Below the pieces are notes generated by a model, which was not told the origin of the DNA, did not search any database, and saw nothing but the letters and a program-made list of their open reading frames with translations. A program made the translations under genes and the position numbers. Shown here piece by piece: positions 1-12,035 of a DNA stretch of 64,000 nucleotides. Every line of letters begins with the position of its first letter. The stretch's first letter is position 1. Origin of the DNA: the human T2T-CHM13v2.0 reference genome, Homo sapiens. The DNA is taken from NCBI GenBank assembly GCA_009914755.4, contig CP086569.2:10976001-11040000 (forward strand), written 5' to 3'.

Positions 1-671
1 CCGTTCCATTCCACCTCACTCCATTCCTATCCATTCCATTCCATTGCACTCCATTCCATTCCACTCCAATCCACTCCACTCAACTCCACTCTAGTGTAAT
101 CCACTCCACTCCATTCCATTCCATTCCATTCCATTGCATTACCATCCATTCCACTGCACTCCGATGCACTCCACTCAAGTATACTCCACTCCACTCTACT
201 CCATTCCATTCTGTTCTCTTCTATTCCATTCTACTCCATTCCATTCCACTCAACTCCATTCCATTCCACTGCATTTCACTCCATTCCACTACACTCCACT
301 GCACTCCACTCCACTCCAATCCATTCCATTCCACTCCATTCCATTCCATTCCACACCATTCCATTCAATTTCCTTCCACTCCGCTAGTTTCCATTCCAGT
401 CCACTTCATTCCATTCCATTCTTATCCACTCCGTTCAACTACATTCCACTCCAATCCTTTCCACTCCACTCCATTCCACTCCACTGCTCTCCATTCCGAC
501 CCATTCCTTTGATTCCACCAAATTCCATTCCATTCTATTCCACTCCATTCCACTCCACTCAATTCCACTCCACTTCATTCCACACGACCCATCTCCATTC
601 CACTCCATTCCACTCCGTTCAATTCCACTCCACTCCGTTCCATTACATTCTAAGGCATTCCATTCCATTCC

Positions 672-745
672 TTTATTTCGAGTGCATTTCACACTTTCAC
701 CCAGACTGTAGTGCAGTAACACAATCTTAGCTCACATTTCATTTC
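672..745 (-). mobile_element. Alu 3'-end-derived fragment (satellite-unit component), subtype A, diverged
   Basis: tttatttcg...tttcacccagactgtagtgcagtaacacaatcttagctcacatttcatttc; antisense match to Alu right-arm terminus. Confidence 0.6.
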
Positions 746-1151
746 TCCATTCCATCGCATTCCATTCCATAACATTGCATTCCATTCCACTGCACTCCAA
801 TACACTTCTCTACTCAACTCTACTCCACGTCACTCGGTTCCAATCCGATCCATGCCATTTCGTTCTTTTCCGTTCCATTCCACTTCATTCCATTTCACTA
901 TACTCCATTCCACTGCAGTATGTTTCACTCCATTCCACTCCATTCCACTCCACTTCACTCAACTCTACTCCACTCCACTCGATTCCAATCCGTTCCATGC
1001 CATTTCGTTCTTTTCCGTTCCTTTCCACTCCATTCCATTTCACTATACTCCATTGTACTGCAGTATGTTTCACTCCATTCCACTCCATTCCACTCCACTC
1101 CTCTCCACTTCACTCTACTTCATTCCATTCTACTCCGTTCCACTGGATTCC

Positions 1152-1228
1152 TTTACTTCAACTGAATATCACTCTTACACCCAGACTGGAGTGCAGTGGC
1201 ACAACCTTAGCTCACATTTCATTTGACC
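1152..1228 (-). mobile_element. Alu 3'-end-derived fragment, subtype A
   Basis: ...atcactcttacacccagactggagtgcagtggcacaaccttagctcacatttcatttgacc. Confidence 0.75.
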
Positions 1229-1528
1229 ATTCCATTCCGTTCCATTCTGTTTTATTCAATTCCATTCCACGGCATTCCGATCCACTCCACTCTACTCCAT
1301 TCCACTCTACTACACTCCACTCCATTCCATTTCCGGCCACTCCATTCCATTCCATTCCACTTCTTTACACTCCATTCCACTCTTCTCCACTCCATTCTGC
1401 TCTCTTCCACACCATTACATTCCACTCCATTCCATTCCACTGCATTCCACTACATTCCACTCCTTTCCACTCGATTCCATTCCATTTCTCTCCATTCCAT
1501 TCCATTCTACTCTATTCCCTTCCATTCC

Positions 1529-1604
1529 TTTATTTTGACTGGATCTCACTCTGTCACTTAGACTTGAGTGGAGTGACACAATCTCAGCTCACATTTCATT
1601 TCAC
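1529..1604 (-). mobile_element. Alu 3'-end-derived fragment, subtype A
   Basis: tttattttgactggatctcactctgtcacttagacttgagtggagtgacacaatctcagctcacatttcatttcac; paralog of copy at 18213. Confidence 0.7.
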
Positions 1605-1950
1605 TGTTCCATTCCATTCCACTCCATTCCATTCCATTCCATTCCATTCAAATCCATTCCATTCCATTCCCCTCCACTGCACTCCGATCCACTCCACTCA
1701 ACTCCACTGCATTCCACTACACTCCACTATGTTCCATTCCATTCAATTCCATTCTAGTCCCTTCCATTCCATTCTATTCCATTCCATTCCATTCTATTCT
1801 TTTCCATTCCCTTCCATTCCGTTATGTTCCATTCCACTCCATTCCACTTCACTCATTTCCACTCCACTCCACTCCATTACGCTCCACTACATTCCACTCC
1901 ATTCCATTCCACTCCATTCCATTCCATTCTACTCTATTGCATTTTATTCC

Positions 1951-2027
1951 TTTATTTATACTGGATCTCACACTATGACCCCTACTGGAGTGCAGTGGCA
2001 CAATCTTAGCTCTGATTTCATTTCACC
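1951..2027 (-). mobile_element. Alu 3'-end-derived fragment, subtype A
   Basis: ...ccctactggagtgcagtggcacaatcttagctctgatttcatttcacc; paralog of copies at 2863 and 18881. Confidence 0.7.
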
Positions 2028-2580
2028 AATGCATTAGATTCCTTTCTGTTCCATTCCATCCCACTCCCTTCATTTCCATTCCACTCCATTCCATTCCATT
2101 CCACTCCATTCCATTCCATTCCACTCCACTCCATTCCATTCCATTCCATTCCATTCTAATCCATTCCATTCCACTACACTACACTGCACCGCATTCCATT
2201 CCATTCCACTCCATTCCATTCCATTGCACTACACTACACTGCACCGCATTCCATTCCATTCCACTCCATTCCATTCCATTCCACTCCATTCCATTCCATT
2301 CCATTCCACTCCACTCCATTCCATTCCATTCCATTCTAATCCATTCCATTCCCCTCCACTACACTGCACCCCATTCCATGCCATTCCAATCCATTCCACT
2401 GCATTCCATTACACTGCAGTCCCACCCACTCCACTGAACTCCACTCCACTTCACTCTACTCCACTCCATTCCATTAGGTTGCATTCTGTTTCGTTCCATT
2501 CCTTTCCATTCCACTCCACTCCAGTCCACTCCACTCCATTTCACTTCATTCCAGTCCATTCCACTCCACTCCATTCCATT

Positions 2581-2790
2581 ACACTGCATTCCGAATGATT
2601 CCACTACTTTCCATTCCATTTCACTCCATTCCACTCCATTCCATTCCACTGTACTCCATTCCACTCCACTCCACTTCATTCCATTACACTGCATTCCGAA
2701 TGATTCCACTACTTTCCATTCCATTTCACTCCATTCCACTCCATTCCATTCCACTGCACTCCATTCCACTCCACTCCACTCCATTCCACT
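2581..2790. repeat. Tandem duplication, ~105-bp unit x2
   Basis: acactgcattccgaatgattccactactttccattccatttcactcc... recurs at 2581 and 2686. Confidence 0.7.
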
Positions 2791-2862
2791 CCATTCCATT
2801 CCACTCCATTCCATTCCACTCCACTCCATTCTATTCCATTCTACTGCATTCAATTCCATTCC

Positions 2863-2937
2863 TTTATTTCGACTGGTACTTACTCTGTGAACCCTACTGG
2901 AGTTCAGTGGCACAATCTTAGGTCTCATTTCATTTCC
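2863..2937 (-). mobile_element. Alu 3'-end-derived fragment, subtype A
   Basis: tttatttcgactggtacttactctgtgaaccctactggagttcagtggcacaatcttaggtctcatttcatttcccc. Confidence 0.7.
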
Positions 2938-3014
2938 CCAATCCATTCCATTCCTTTCTGTTCCATTTCATTCCATTCCATTCTATTCCAATCTACTCCA
3001 TTACATTCCAGTCC

Positions 3015-3090
3015 TTTATTTCAACTGGATCTCACTCTGTCATCAAGACTAAAGTGCAATGGCCCAACCTAAGCTCACATTTCATTAGCC
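3015..3090 (-). mobile_element. Alu 3'-end-derived fragment, subtype A (caagactaaagtgca variant)
   Basis: tttatttcaactggatctcactctgtcatcaagactaaagtgcaatggcccaacctaagctcacatttcattagcc; near-identical to 3750 and related to 39128. Confidence 0.75.
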
Positions 3091-3360
3091 TTTCCATTCC
3101 ATTCCATTCCATTCCATTCCATTCCATTCCATTCCATTCCATTCCATTGCATTCCATTCCACTCCACTCCACTCCATTTCCCTCCACTACACTGCACTTC
3201 ATTCCATTCCGTTCCTTTCCATTGTATTCCATTTCATTTCTTTGCACTGCACTACCATCCACTCCACTCAACTCTCCTCCACTTCAGTCTATTCCTCTCT
3301 CTTCCATTAGGCTGCATTCCATTCCACTCCACTCCATTCCACTCTACTCCGTTTTACTTC

Positions 3361-3620
3361 TTTCCACTCCATTCCACTCCACTCCACTCCAGTCCAGTCC
3401 ATTCTATTACACTCCATTCCATTCGATTCCACTCCATTCCACTCCATTCCATTCCATTCCACAACATTCCACTCCACTCCACTCCATTTTATTTCTTTCC
3501 ACTCCATTCCACTCCACTCCACTCCAGTCCATTCTATTACACTCCATTCCATTCGATTCCACTCCATTCCATTCCATTTCAATCCATTCCACTCCATTCC
3601 ATTCCATTCCACAACATTCC
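3361..3620. repeat. Tandem duplication, ~130-bp unit x2
   Basis: ccactccagtccattctattacactccattccattcgattccactcc... at 3391-3410 and 3521-3540 (attctattac), period 130. Confidence 0.7.
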
Positions 3621-3749
3621 ACTCCACTCCACTCCATTCCACTCTGCTCGATTCCACTCCCTCCATTAAACATCACTCCACTCCATTCCACTGCATTCCA
3701 TTCCACTCCACTCCATTCTATTCCATTCTACTCCATTCCATTCCAGTCC

Positions 3750-3825
3750 TTTATTTCAACTGGATCTCACTCTGTCACCAAGACTAAAATGCAGTGGCCC
3801 AACCTAAGCTCACATTTCATTAGCC
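3750..3825 (-). mobile_element. Alu 3'-end-derived fragment, subtype A (735-bp tandem paralog of 3015)
   Basis: tttatttcaactggatctcactctgtcaccaagactaaaatgcagtggcccaacctaagctcacatttcattagcc. Confidence 0.75.
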
Positions 3826-4269
3826 TTTCCATTCCATTCCATTCCATTCCATTCCATTCCATTCCATTCCATTCCATTCCATTCCGTTCCACTATACTCC
3901 GATCCAATCCACTCAACTCGACTTCACTCCACTCATTCCTTTCCATTCTGCTCTATTCTCTTCCATTCCATTCGATTCCATTCCGTTCTTTTCCATTCCA
4001 TCCCACTCCACTCCATTCCATTCTACTCCATTCCTCTCCACTCCTTTCCACTCCACTCCATTCCATTTCACTCCATTCCATTCCATTCCATTCCATTTCA
4101 TTCCATTCCATTCCAGTGTACTCCGATAGACTCCACTCAACTTCACTCGACTTCCCTCTGATCCATTCCGTTCCGTTCCTTTGCATTCCAGTCTACTACA
4201 TTCCATTCCACCTGACTCCATTCCACTCCACTCCATTCCCTCCCATTCTAATGCATTCCATTCCACTCC

Positions 4270-4347
4270 TTTATTTCGACTGGATATCAAACTGTCACCC
4301 AGAATGGAGTGCAGTGGCACCAAATTAGATCATATTTCTTTTCACCC
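4270..4347 (-). mobile_element. Alu 3'-end-derived fragment, subtype A
   Basis: tttatttcgactggatatcaaactgtcacccagaatggagtgcagtggcaccaaattagatcatatttcttttcaccc. Confidence 0.7.
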
Positions 4348-4590
4348 TTCCATTCCATTCCATTCCATTCCATTCCATTCCATTCCATTCCATTTCACAC
4401 CATTCAACTCCACTCCATTCCACTCCCCTCCACTCCACTCTATTCCACTCCACTCCTTTCATTCCATTGCATTCCATTCCTATGTAATCCAATCCACTCG
4501 AGTCAAATCCACTCCACTCCACTCCACCACACTCCATTCCATTCCCCTCCACACCGTTTCATTCCATTATACTCTGTGCCATTCCATTCC

Positions 4591-4666
4591 TTTGTTCCGA
4601 TTAGATCTCACTGTGTCACCCAGAATGGAGTGCAGTTGCCCAATCTTTGCTCACATTTCATTCACC
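4591..4666 (-). mobile_element. Alu 3'-end-derived fragment, subtype A
   Basis: tttgttccgattagatctcactgtgtcacccagaatggagtgcagttgcccaatctttgctcacatttcattcacc. Confidence 0.7.
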
Positions 4667-5190
4667 ATGTCATAGCATTCCATTCCATTTCATTCCATTC
4701 CATTCCATTAAATTCCATTCCACTGCACTCCGATCCTCTCCACTCAAATCCACTCCACTCCGTTCCATCCCGTTCCATTCCTTTCCTCTTCATTCTATTC
4801 CATTACACTTAATTCCATTCCATTCCATTGCACTCCATTCCACTTTACTTAATTACACTCCACTCCATACCACTCCACTATACTCCATTCCATTCCCTTC
4901 CATTCCCTTCCATTCCATTCCACACCATTCCATTCCATACCACTCCAGTACGTTCTTCCCCATTCCACTCCACCCCATCAACTCCACTCTATTCCATTCC
5001 ATTCCATTCCTTTTCTTTCCACTTCACTCCTATCCACTCCACTCAACTTCACTCCATTCTACTCCACTCCACTCCGTCCCATTCCATTCCATTACTTTCC
5101 ATTCCATTCTACTCCATTCCATTCCATTCCACTCCTATCAACTCCACTCTATTCCATTCCATTCTACTCCCTTCCATTCCATTTCATTCC

Positions 5191-5267
5191 TTTATTTCAA
5201 CTGAATCTCACTCTTTCACCCAGACTGGAGTGCAGCGTCACAACCTTAGCTCACATTTCATTTCACC
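5191..5267 (-). mobile_element. Alu 3'-end-derived fragment, subtype A
   Basis: tttatttcaactgaatctcactctttcacccagactggagtgcagcgtcacaaccttagctcacatttcatttcacc. Confidence 0.75.
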
Positions 5268-6042
5268 ATTCCTTTCCATTACATTCCATTCCGTTCCATT
5301 CCATTCCATTCCAATCCATTGGAGACCTTTCCATTCAACTCGAATCCACTCCACTCCACTCCACTCCATTCCACTCCTCTGCATTGAATTGCATTCCATT
5401 CCATTCCTTTCCATTCCACTGCATTCTGATCCACTCCACTCAACTCCATGCCACTCCAGTCCATTTGATTCCATTCTGTTCTATTATGTCCCGTTCCATT
5501 CCATTCCACCCCATTCCATTCCACTCCACTCCATTCCACTCCCCTCCTTTCCATTCCACTCCATTCCATTCCATTCCACTGCATTCCATTCTATTCCATT
5601 ACACTCCCTTCCACTCCATTCCACTACCCTCCATTCCACTCCACTCCACTCCATTCCAATCCATTCCATTCCATTTCACTCCATTCCATTCCATTTCACT
5701 CCATTCCATTCCATTCCACTCCACTCCACTCCATTCCACTCCACTCCATTTCACTCCATTCCCCTCCTTACCACTCCATTGCCCTGCATTCCACTCCATT
5801 CCCTTCCGTTTCATTCCACTCCACTCCATTCCACTCCACTCCATTCCATTCCATTCCACTTCATTCCATTCTATTCCATTACATTCCTTTCCACTTCATT
5901 CCACTCCACTCCTTTCCTCTCCACTCTACTCCATTCCATTCCATTCCATTCCACTCCACTCCATTCCACTCCACTCCACTCCACTCTATTCCTTTCCATC
6001 CACTCCATTCCACTCCATTCCACTACATTCCATTCCATTCCT

Positions 6043-6118
6043 TTATTTTGACTGGATCTCACTTTGTCGCCAAACTGAAGTGCAGTGGCACAATCTTAGC
6101 TCACATTTCATTTCACCC
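6043..6118 (-). mobile_element. Alu 3'-end-derived fragment, subtype A (retains GTCGCC CpG)
   Basis: ttattttgactggatctcactttgtcgccaaactgaagtgcagtggcacaatcttagctcacatttcatttcacc. Confidence 0.75.
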
Positions 6119-6487
6119 TTCCATTCCATTAGATTCCACTACATTCTATTCCATTCCACTGCACTCTGATACAGTCCACTCAATTTTGCTCCACTCCAGT
6201 CCATTACATTGCATTCCACTCAATTCGATTCCACCACATTCTATTCCATTCCACTCAATTCCACTCCACTACTTTCCACTCCACTACATTCCACTCCACT
6301 CCATTCCAATCTATGCCATTACTTTCCCTTCCATTCCTTTCCATGATATTCCATTGCACCCCATTCCACTCCATTCCTCTGCACTCGATTCCACTCGACT
6401 CCATTCCACTCTGCTCCACTCCATTTCAGTTCATTCCATCCCACTCCACTCCATTCCATTTCATTCTACTCCATTCCATTCCATTTC

Positions 6488-6560
6488 TTTATTTCGAATG
6501 AATCTCACTCTGTCACGCATACTGGAGTGCTGTCGCGCAATTTTAGCTCGCTTTTCATTA
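6488..6560 (-). mobile_element. Alu 3'-end-derived fragment, subtype A, unusually CpG-rich copy
   Basis: tttatttcgaatgaatctcactctgtcacgcatactggagtgctgtcgcgcaattttagctcgcttttcatta; 5 CpGs vs 0-1 in typical copies. Confidence 0.7.
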
Positions 6561-7068
6561 ACAATTCCATTGCATTCCACTCCATTCCATTCAATTACGT
6601 TCCATTCTATTCCATTGAATTTCATTCCGTTCCATTCCATTGCACTCCATTCCATTCCATTCCACTGCAATCCAGTCCACTTCACTGAATTCCACTCCAC
6701 TCCACTCCACTGCATTCTATTCTGTTCCATTCCTTTTTGTTTTGTTCCATTGCATTCCACTCTACTCCACTCCTGTCCACTTTACTGCATTCCCCTCCAC
6801 TTCACTGCATTCCGTTCCATTCCATTCCATTCCATTCCATTCCATACCACTGCACTCTGATCCACTGCACTCAACTCCACACCACTCCACTCGGTTCCAT
6901 TCTGTTCCACGCCATTCCGTTCTGTTCCATTCCATTTCACTCCAATCCATTCCGCTATACTCCATTCCATTGCCATACATTTCTCTCCATTCCACTCTAT
7001 TCCACTCCATTCCACTCCACTCTTCTTCACTCCACTCTATTCCAATCTACTCCATTCCACTATATTTC

Positions 7069-7146
7069 TTTATTTCGACTGAATCTCACTCTGACACCCA
7101 GACTGGAGTGCAGAGGCACAACCTTGACTCACATTTTATTTCACCA
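7069..7146 (-). mobile_element. Alu 3'-end-derived fragment, subtype A
   Basis: tttatttcgactgaatctcactctgacacccagactggagtgcagaggcacaaccttgactcacattttatttcacc. Confidence 0.75.
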
Positions 7147-7152
7147 TTCCAA

Positions 7153-7285
7153 TCCATTCCATTCCATTCCATTCCATTCCATTCCATTCCATTCCATTCC
7201 ATTCCATTCCATGCCATTTTACTCCATTCCATTCCATTCCATTCCATTCCATTCCATTCCATTCCATTCCATTCCATTCCATTCC
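7153..7285. repeat. Near-perfect (CCATT)n run, ~25 units, two blocks separated by 14 bp
   Basis: ccattccattcc... uninterrupted pentamers 7153-7212 and 7226-7285. Confidence 0.85.
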
Positions 7286-7324
7286 ACTCCACTCCACTCC
7301 ATTCCATTCCATTCCATTCCCTGC

Positions 7325-7397
7325 TTTCGACTGGATCTCACTCTGTGACACAGCCTGGAGTGCAGTAGCGCCATCTCATTTCACATTTCATTTGACC
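7325..7397 (-). mobile_element. Alu 3'-end-derived fragment, A/B hybrid; paralog of copy at 32036
   Basis: tttcgactggatctcactctgtgacacagcctggagtgcagtagcgccatctcatttcacatttcatttgacc. Confidence 0.75.
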
Positions 7398-7802
7398 ATT
7401 CCATTCCACTACATTCCACTACACTTCAGTCCACTCCACTCCACTCCCATCCACGCCATTTCACTCCATTCAATTCCATCCCTGTCCATTCCACACCACT
7501 CCCGTCCACTCAACTCCATTCCATTCCTCTTCAGTCCACTCCACTCCAGTCTACTCCACTTCATTACACTCCATCCCATCCATTCCACTCCATTTCACTG
7601 CACTGCCCTTCTCTCCACTCCACTCCATTCCATTCCATCCCAGTCCATTGCTCTGCATTCCACACCTATCCACTCCACTCCACTCTATTCCATTCCATTC
7701 CATTCCATCCCATTACATTATATCCCACTCCATTCCATTCCATTCCATTCCATTAAATTCCATTCCATTCCATTCCTTTCCATTTCGTTCCATTCCATTC
7801 CT

Positions 7803-7877
7803 TTCTTTTGACAGGATCTCACTCTCTCACCCAGGCTGTAGTGCAGTGACACAATATCAACTCACATTTCATTTCAC
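7803..7877 (-). mobile_element. Alu 3'-end-derived fragment, subtype B
   Basis: ttcttttgacaggatctcactctctcacccaggctgtagtgcagtgacacaatatcaactcacatttcatttcacc. Confidence 0.75.
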
Positions 7878-8265
7878 CATTCTCTCCCATTGCATTCCAT
7901 TCCATTGTATTCCATTCCATTCCATTTCTTTCCAATCCATTCCACTCCCTTCCATTCAACTCCACTCCACTCCAATCAATTGCATTCCTTTTCATTTCAT
8001 TCGAGTCCATTCCACTCCCTTCCATTCAACTCCACTCCACTCCATTCCATTCCATTCCATTCTATTGTAGTCCACTCCACTGTATTTGACTCGACTCCAT
8101 TCCATTAGACTTCACACCAATCCATTCCCCTCCATCCCATTCTAATCCACTCCATTCCCCTCCACTCCACTCTACTCCACTACAGTCCACTCCACTCTAC
8201 TCTACTCCACTCCATTCCATTCCACTCCGTTCCATTCCACTCCATTGAATTCCATTCTTTTCTTT

Positions 8266-8343
8266 CGACAGGATCTTACTCTTTCACCCAGTTGCAGTGC
8301 AGTGGAACTATCTCAGCTCGTGTTTCATTTCACCATAGCATTC
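8266..8343 (-). mobile_element. Alu 3'-end-derived fragment, subtype B
   Basis: cttttctttcgacaggatcttactctttcacccagttgcagtgcagtggaactatctcagctcgtgtttcatttcacc. Confidence 0.7.
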
Positions 8344-8660
8344 CATTCCTTTCCTTTCCATTCCATTCCTTTAAATTACATTCCATTCCATTCCTCTTCA
8401 CTCCACTCCACTTCACTGCACTCCACTCCACTCCACTCCACTCCATTCCATTCTATCCCATTCCTTTCAACTCTATTCCATTCCACTCCACTCCTTTCCA
8501 TTCCATCCCAATACATTCCACACGATTCCACTCCAATGCACTCCACTCCTGTCCGCTCCATTCCATTCCACTCAATCCAATTGCATTCATTTCACTCCAC
8601 TCCACTCCACACCATTCCAGTACACTCCATTTTATTCCACTCCTTACCATTCCATTTCAT

Positions 8661-8734
8661 TCTTTTGACAAGATCTCACTCTGTCACCCAGGCTGGAGTA
8701 AAGTGACACTTTCTCAGCTCACATTTCGTTTCAA
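8661..8734 (-). mobile_element. Alu 3'-end-derived fragment, subtype B
   Basis: tcttttgacaagatctcactctgtcacccaggctggagtaaagtgacactttctcagctcacatttcgtttcaa. Confidence 0.75.
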
Positions 8735-8865
8735 CATTTCATTGCATTCCATTCCATTTCATTCCATTCCACACTTATCCATTCCATTCCACTCCACTCC
8801 ACACCACTACATGCCACTCCACTCCATTCCATTCCTTTCCATTCCACTCCTTGCCATTCCATTCC

Positions 8866-8940
8866 TTTCTTTTGATAGGATATCACTCTGTCACCCAGGC
8901 TGCTGTGCAGTGGCACAAACTCAGCTCAGAATACATTCCA
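8866..8940 (-). mobile_element. Alu 3'-end-derived fragment, subtype B, 3' junction altered
   Basis: tttcttttgataggatatcactctgtcacccaggctgctgtgcagtggcacaaactcagctcagaatacattcca. Confidence 0.7.
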
Positions 8941-9453
8941 CCATTGCATTCCACTCCATTTCACCCCTTTCCATTCCATTCCTTTCAATTCCATTCCTTT
9001 CCATTCCATTCCATTTCACTCCACTCCACTCCACTCCATTCCACTCCATCCAATCTCATTCCACTCCACTCCACTCCATTCCATGCCGTTTCATCCTATT
9101 CCATTTCCCGCCATTCCAATCTACTCCACTCAACTCCATTCCGTGCCATTCCATCCCATTCCATTCCACTCCATTCCACTCCACTCCACTCCATTCAAAT
9201 CCATTCCACTCCATTCCATTGCATTCCATCCCCCAGCACTCCACTCCACTCCATTCCACTCCATTCCATTCCATTCCACTCAATTCTGTTCCTCTCCACT
9301 CCATTCTTATCCATCCCATTCCATTCCACTCCATTCCCCACCACTCCACTCCACTTCATTCCATTTCATTCCATCCCATTCCATTCCACTACACTCCACT
9401 CCACTCTATTCAATTCCATTCCTTTCCATTCTACTCCATTGTATTACATTCCT

Positions 9454-9526
9454 TTCTTTCGAAAGGAACTCACTCTGTCACATAGGCTCCATTGCACTGA
9501 ACCAAACTCAGCTCACATTTCATTTC
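9454..9526 (-). mobile_element. Alu 3'-end-derived fragment, subtype B-like, diverged
   Basis: tttctttcgaaaggaactcactctgtcacataggctccattgcactgaaccaaactcagctcacatttcatttcaa. Confidence 0.6.
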
Positions 9527-9916
9527 AACATTCCATTCAATTCCATTCCACTCGACTCCAATCCACTCCACTCTTCTCCACTCCACTTCACTCCAATCCA
9601 TTCCATTCCAATACATTACATTCCACTCAACTCCATTCCACTGCACTGCACTCAAATCCATGGCATTCCATTCCACTCCATTCATCCCATTCCATTCCTC
9701 TCCACTCCATTCCACTCCACTCCACTTCACTTCATTCCATTTCATTCTATTCCATTCCACTCCAATCGATTCCACTCCACTCCCCTCCCTTTCACTCCAT
9801 CCCATTCCATTCCACTCCATTCCACTCCACTCAACTCCACTTCACTGAAATACACTGCATTCCATTCCTTTCCACTCCCTTCCATTTTTTTTTCCACTCC
9901 CTTACATTTCTTTCAT

Positions 9917-9990
9917 TTCTTTTGACAGTTTCTCACTCTCTCACCCATGATGGTGTGCTGTGGCACAATCACAGCTCACATTTCATTTCG
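9917..9990 (-). mobile_element. Alu 3'-end-derived fragment, subtype B-like
   Basis: ttcttttgacagtttctcactctctcacccatgatggtgtgctgtggcacaatcacagctcacatttcatttcg. Confidence 0.65.
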
Positions 9991-10826
9991 ACATTCTATT
10001 CCATTGCCTTCCATTGCACTCCATTCTATTGCGTTCCATTTTATTGCATTACATTGCACTGCATTCCTTTCCATTCCCCTACACTCCACTCAATTCTACT
10101 CCACCCCACTCCACTCCACTCCAGTCCATTCCATTCCTTTCCCTTCCATTCTGTACCAGATCATTCCACTCCATTCTATTCCATTTCTCTGAATTCCATT
10201 CCATTGCATTCCAATCCATTCCACTCTCCTGCATTCACTCCTGTCCATTCCTCTCCACTCCATTCCTTGGTACTCCACTCCATTCCATTCCACTCCTTTC
10301 CACTCCATACCACTCCAGTCTATTCCATTCCATTCCACTCCACTCCACTCCACTCCACTCCATTCCATTCCATTCCACTGCACTCCGTTCCACTCCAATC
10401 AACTTCACTCCACTCCAATCCCTTCCATTCCATTCCATCCCTTTCCATTCCATTCCACTCCATTCCCTTAAATTCCACTCCTTTCCACTCCTCTCCATTT
10501 CACTCCATTGCACTCCACTCCACTCCATTCCACTGCATTCCATTCCATTCTACTCCACTACAATCCATTCCACTTTACTCCATTCCATTCCACTCCATTC
10601 CATTCCATTCAACTCCATTCCATTCCATTTCATTCCACTCCTTTCCACACCAGTCCATTCCACTCCTCGCCTCTCGCTTCCAATCAATTCCAGTCTTTTC
10701 CATTCTGTTCCACTACCTTCAACTCCATTCCACTCCACTCCATTCCACTCCACTCTCCTCCATTCCACTCCATTCCATTCCACTCCACTCCATTCCATTT
10801 CATAATACTCTATTCTATTCCATTCC

Positions 10827-10906
10827 TTTATTTCGACTGTGTCTCACGTTGTCACCAGAGTGAAGTTTAGTGGCACTATCTTAGCTCACCTTTTATTTCA
10901 TTCACC
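10827..10906 (-). mobile_element. Alu 3'-end-derived fragment, subtype A
   Basis: tttatttcgactgtgtctcacgttgtcaccagagtgaagtttagtggcactatcttagctcaccttttatttcattcacc. Confidence 0.65.
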
Positions 10907-11201
10907 ATTCCATTCTATTCTGTTCTTTTCCACTACGTTCCATTTCAGTCCATTGCACTTCGATCCAGTCCATTCAAATCCACTCAACTCCAGTTCCTTC
11001 CTTTCCGTACCATTCTATTCGATTCCACAACATTCCATTCCATTCCACTCCATTCTTTCCCATTTCATTCCACTCCATTCCAGTCCATTAGACTCCACTC
11101 CATTGCACTAAACTCCATGTAACTCCTTTCCACTCCTTTGCACTCCATTCCATTCACCTCCAATAAATTCCTTTCCATTGTACTCCGTTGCATTCCATTA
11201 G

Positions 11202-11278
11202 TTTATTTTGACTGGGTCTCACTCTGTCACCCAGACTGGAGTGCAATGGCACAATCTTAGCTCACATTTCATTTCACC
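11202..11278 (-). mobile_element. Alu 3'-end-derived fragment, subtype A
   Basis: tttattttgactgggtctcactctgtcacccagactggagtgcaatggcacaatcttagctcacatttcatttcacc. Confidence 0.8.
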
Positions 11279-11956
11279 GTTCCATTGCATTCCATTCCAT
11301 TCCATTCCATTCAGTTCCATTCCAATCCATTCTTTTCCATTCCACTCCACTCCATTCCATTCTACTCCATTCCAATCCACTCCACTCCAATCCAATCCAC
11401 TCCACTCCATTCCATGCCAACCCTTTCTAATGCACTCCAGTCCAATCCACTCAACTCCAATCAACTCCACTCCACTCCCCTCTGTTCCATTTTGTTCCTT
11501 CCTGTTGCTTTCGGATCTGTTCCATTCCACTCCATTCCTTTCCAGTCCACTCCATTCCACTCCACTACATTTCTCTCTATTCCACAACATTCCACTCCAC
11601 TTTACTCCACTCCACTCCACTCTGCTCCATTCCATTCCATTCCATTCCGTTCCATTCCGTTCCGTTCCGTTCCGTTCCATTCCATTCCATTCCATTCCTT
11701 TCCACTCCGTTCCACTATATTCTACTCAATTTCACATCATTCCTCTCCGCTCTATTCCACTCAACTCCCTTCCACTCCCCTCCACTCGATTCCAGTCCAT
11801 TCTCTTCCATTTCACTGCCTTCCATTTCATTCCATTCCACTCCATTCTTCTCCAGTCCATTCCCCTGCACTCCATTCCACCCCACTAAACTCCATGCTAA
11901 CCTTTTCCATTCCACTGCACTCCATTCTATTCGATTTTACTCCATTCCTTGCCATT

Positions 11957-12035
11957 CTTTGTTTCGACTGGAACTCACTGTCTCACCCAGACTCTAAGTG
12001 CAGTGGCACATTGTTAGCTCACATTTGATTTCACC
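11957..12035 (-). mobile_element. Alu 3'-end-derived fragment, subtype A
   Basis: tttgtttcgactggaactcactgtctcacccagactctaagtgcagtggcacattgttagctcacatttgatttcacc. Confidence 0.7.

Larger units (their letters stand above)
3015..4269. repeat. 735-bp tandem duplication of an Alu-fragment-containing monomer (second copy shorter)
   Basis: near-identical 76-bp fragments at 3015 and 3750, each followed by perfect (CCATT)13 run; downstream similarity decays. Confidence 0.65.

Noticed and set aside
3094-3146. Perfect (CCATT)n runs considered as microsatellite insertions or telomere-like repeats
   Set aside because: They are simply the least-diverged stretches of the same pentamer satellite. They recur at homologous positions right after paralogous Alu-fragments (3015, 3750, 39128) and show no TTAGGG-type motif.
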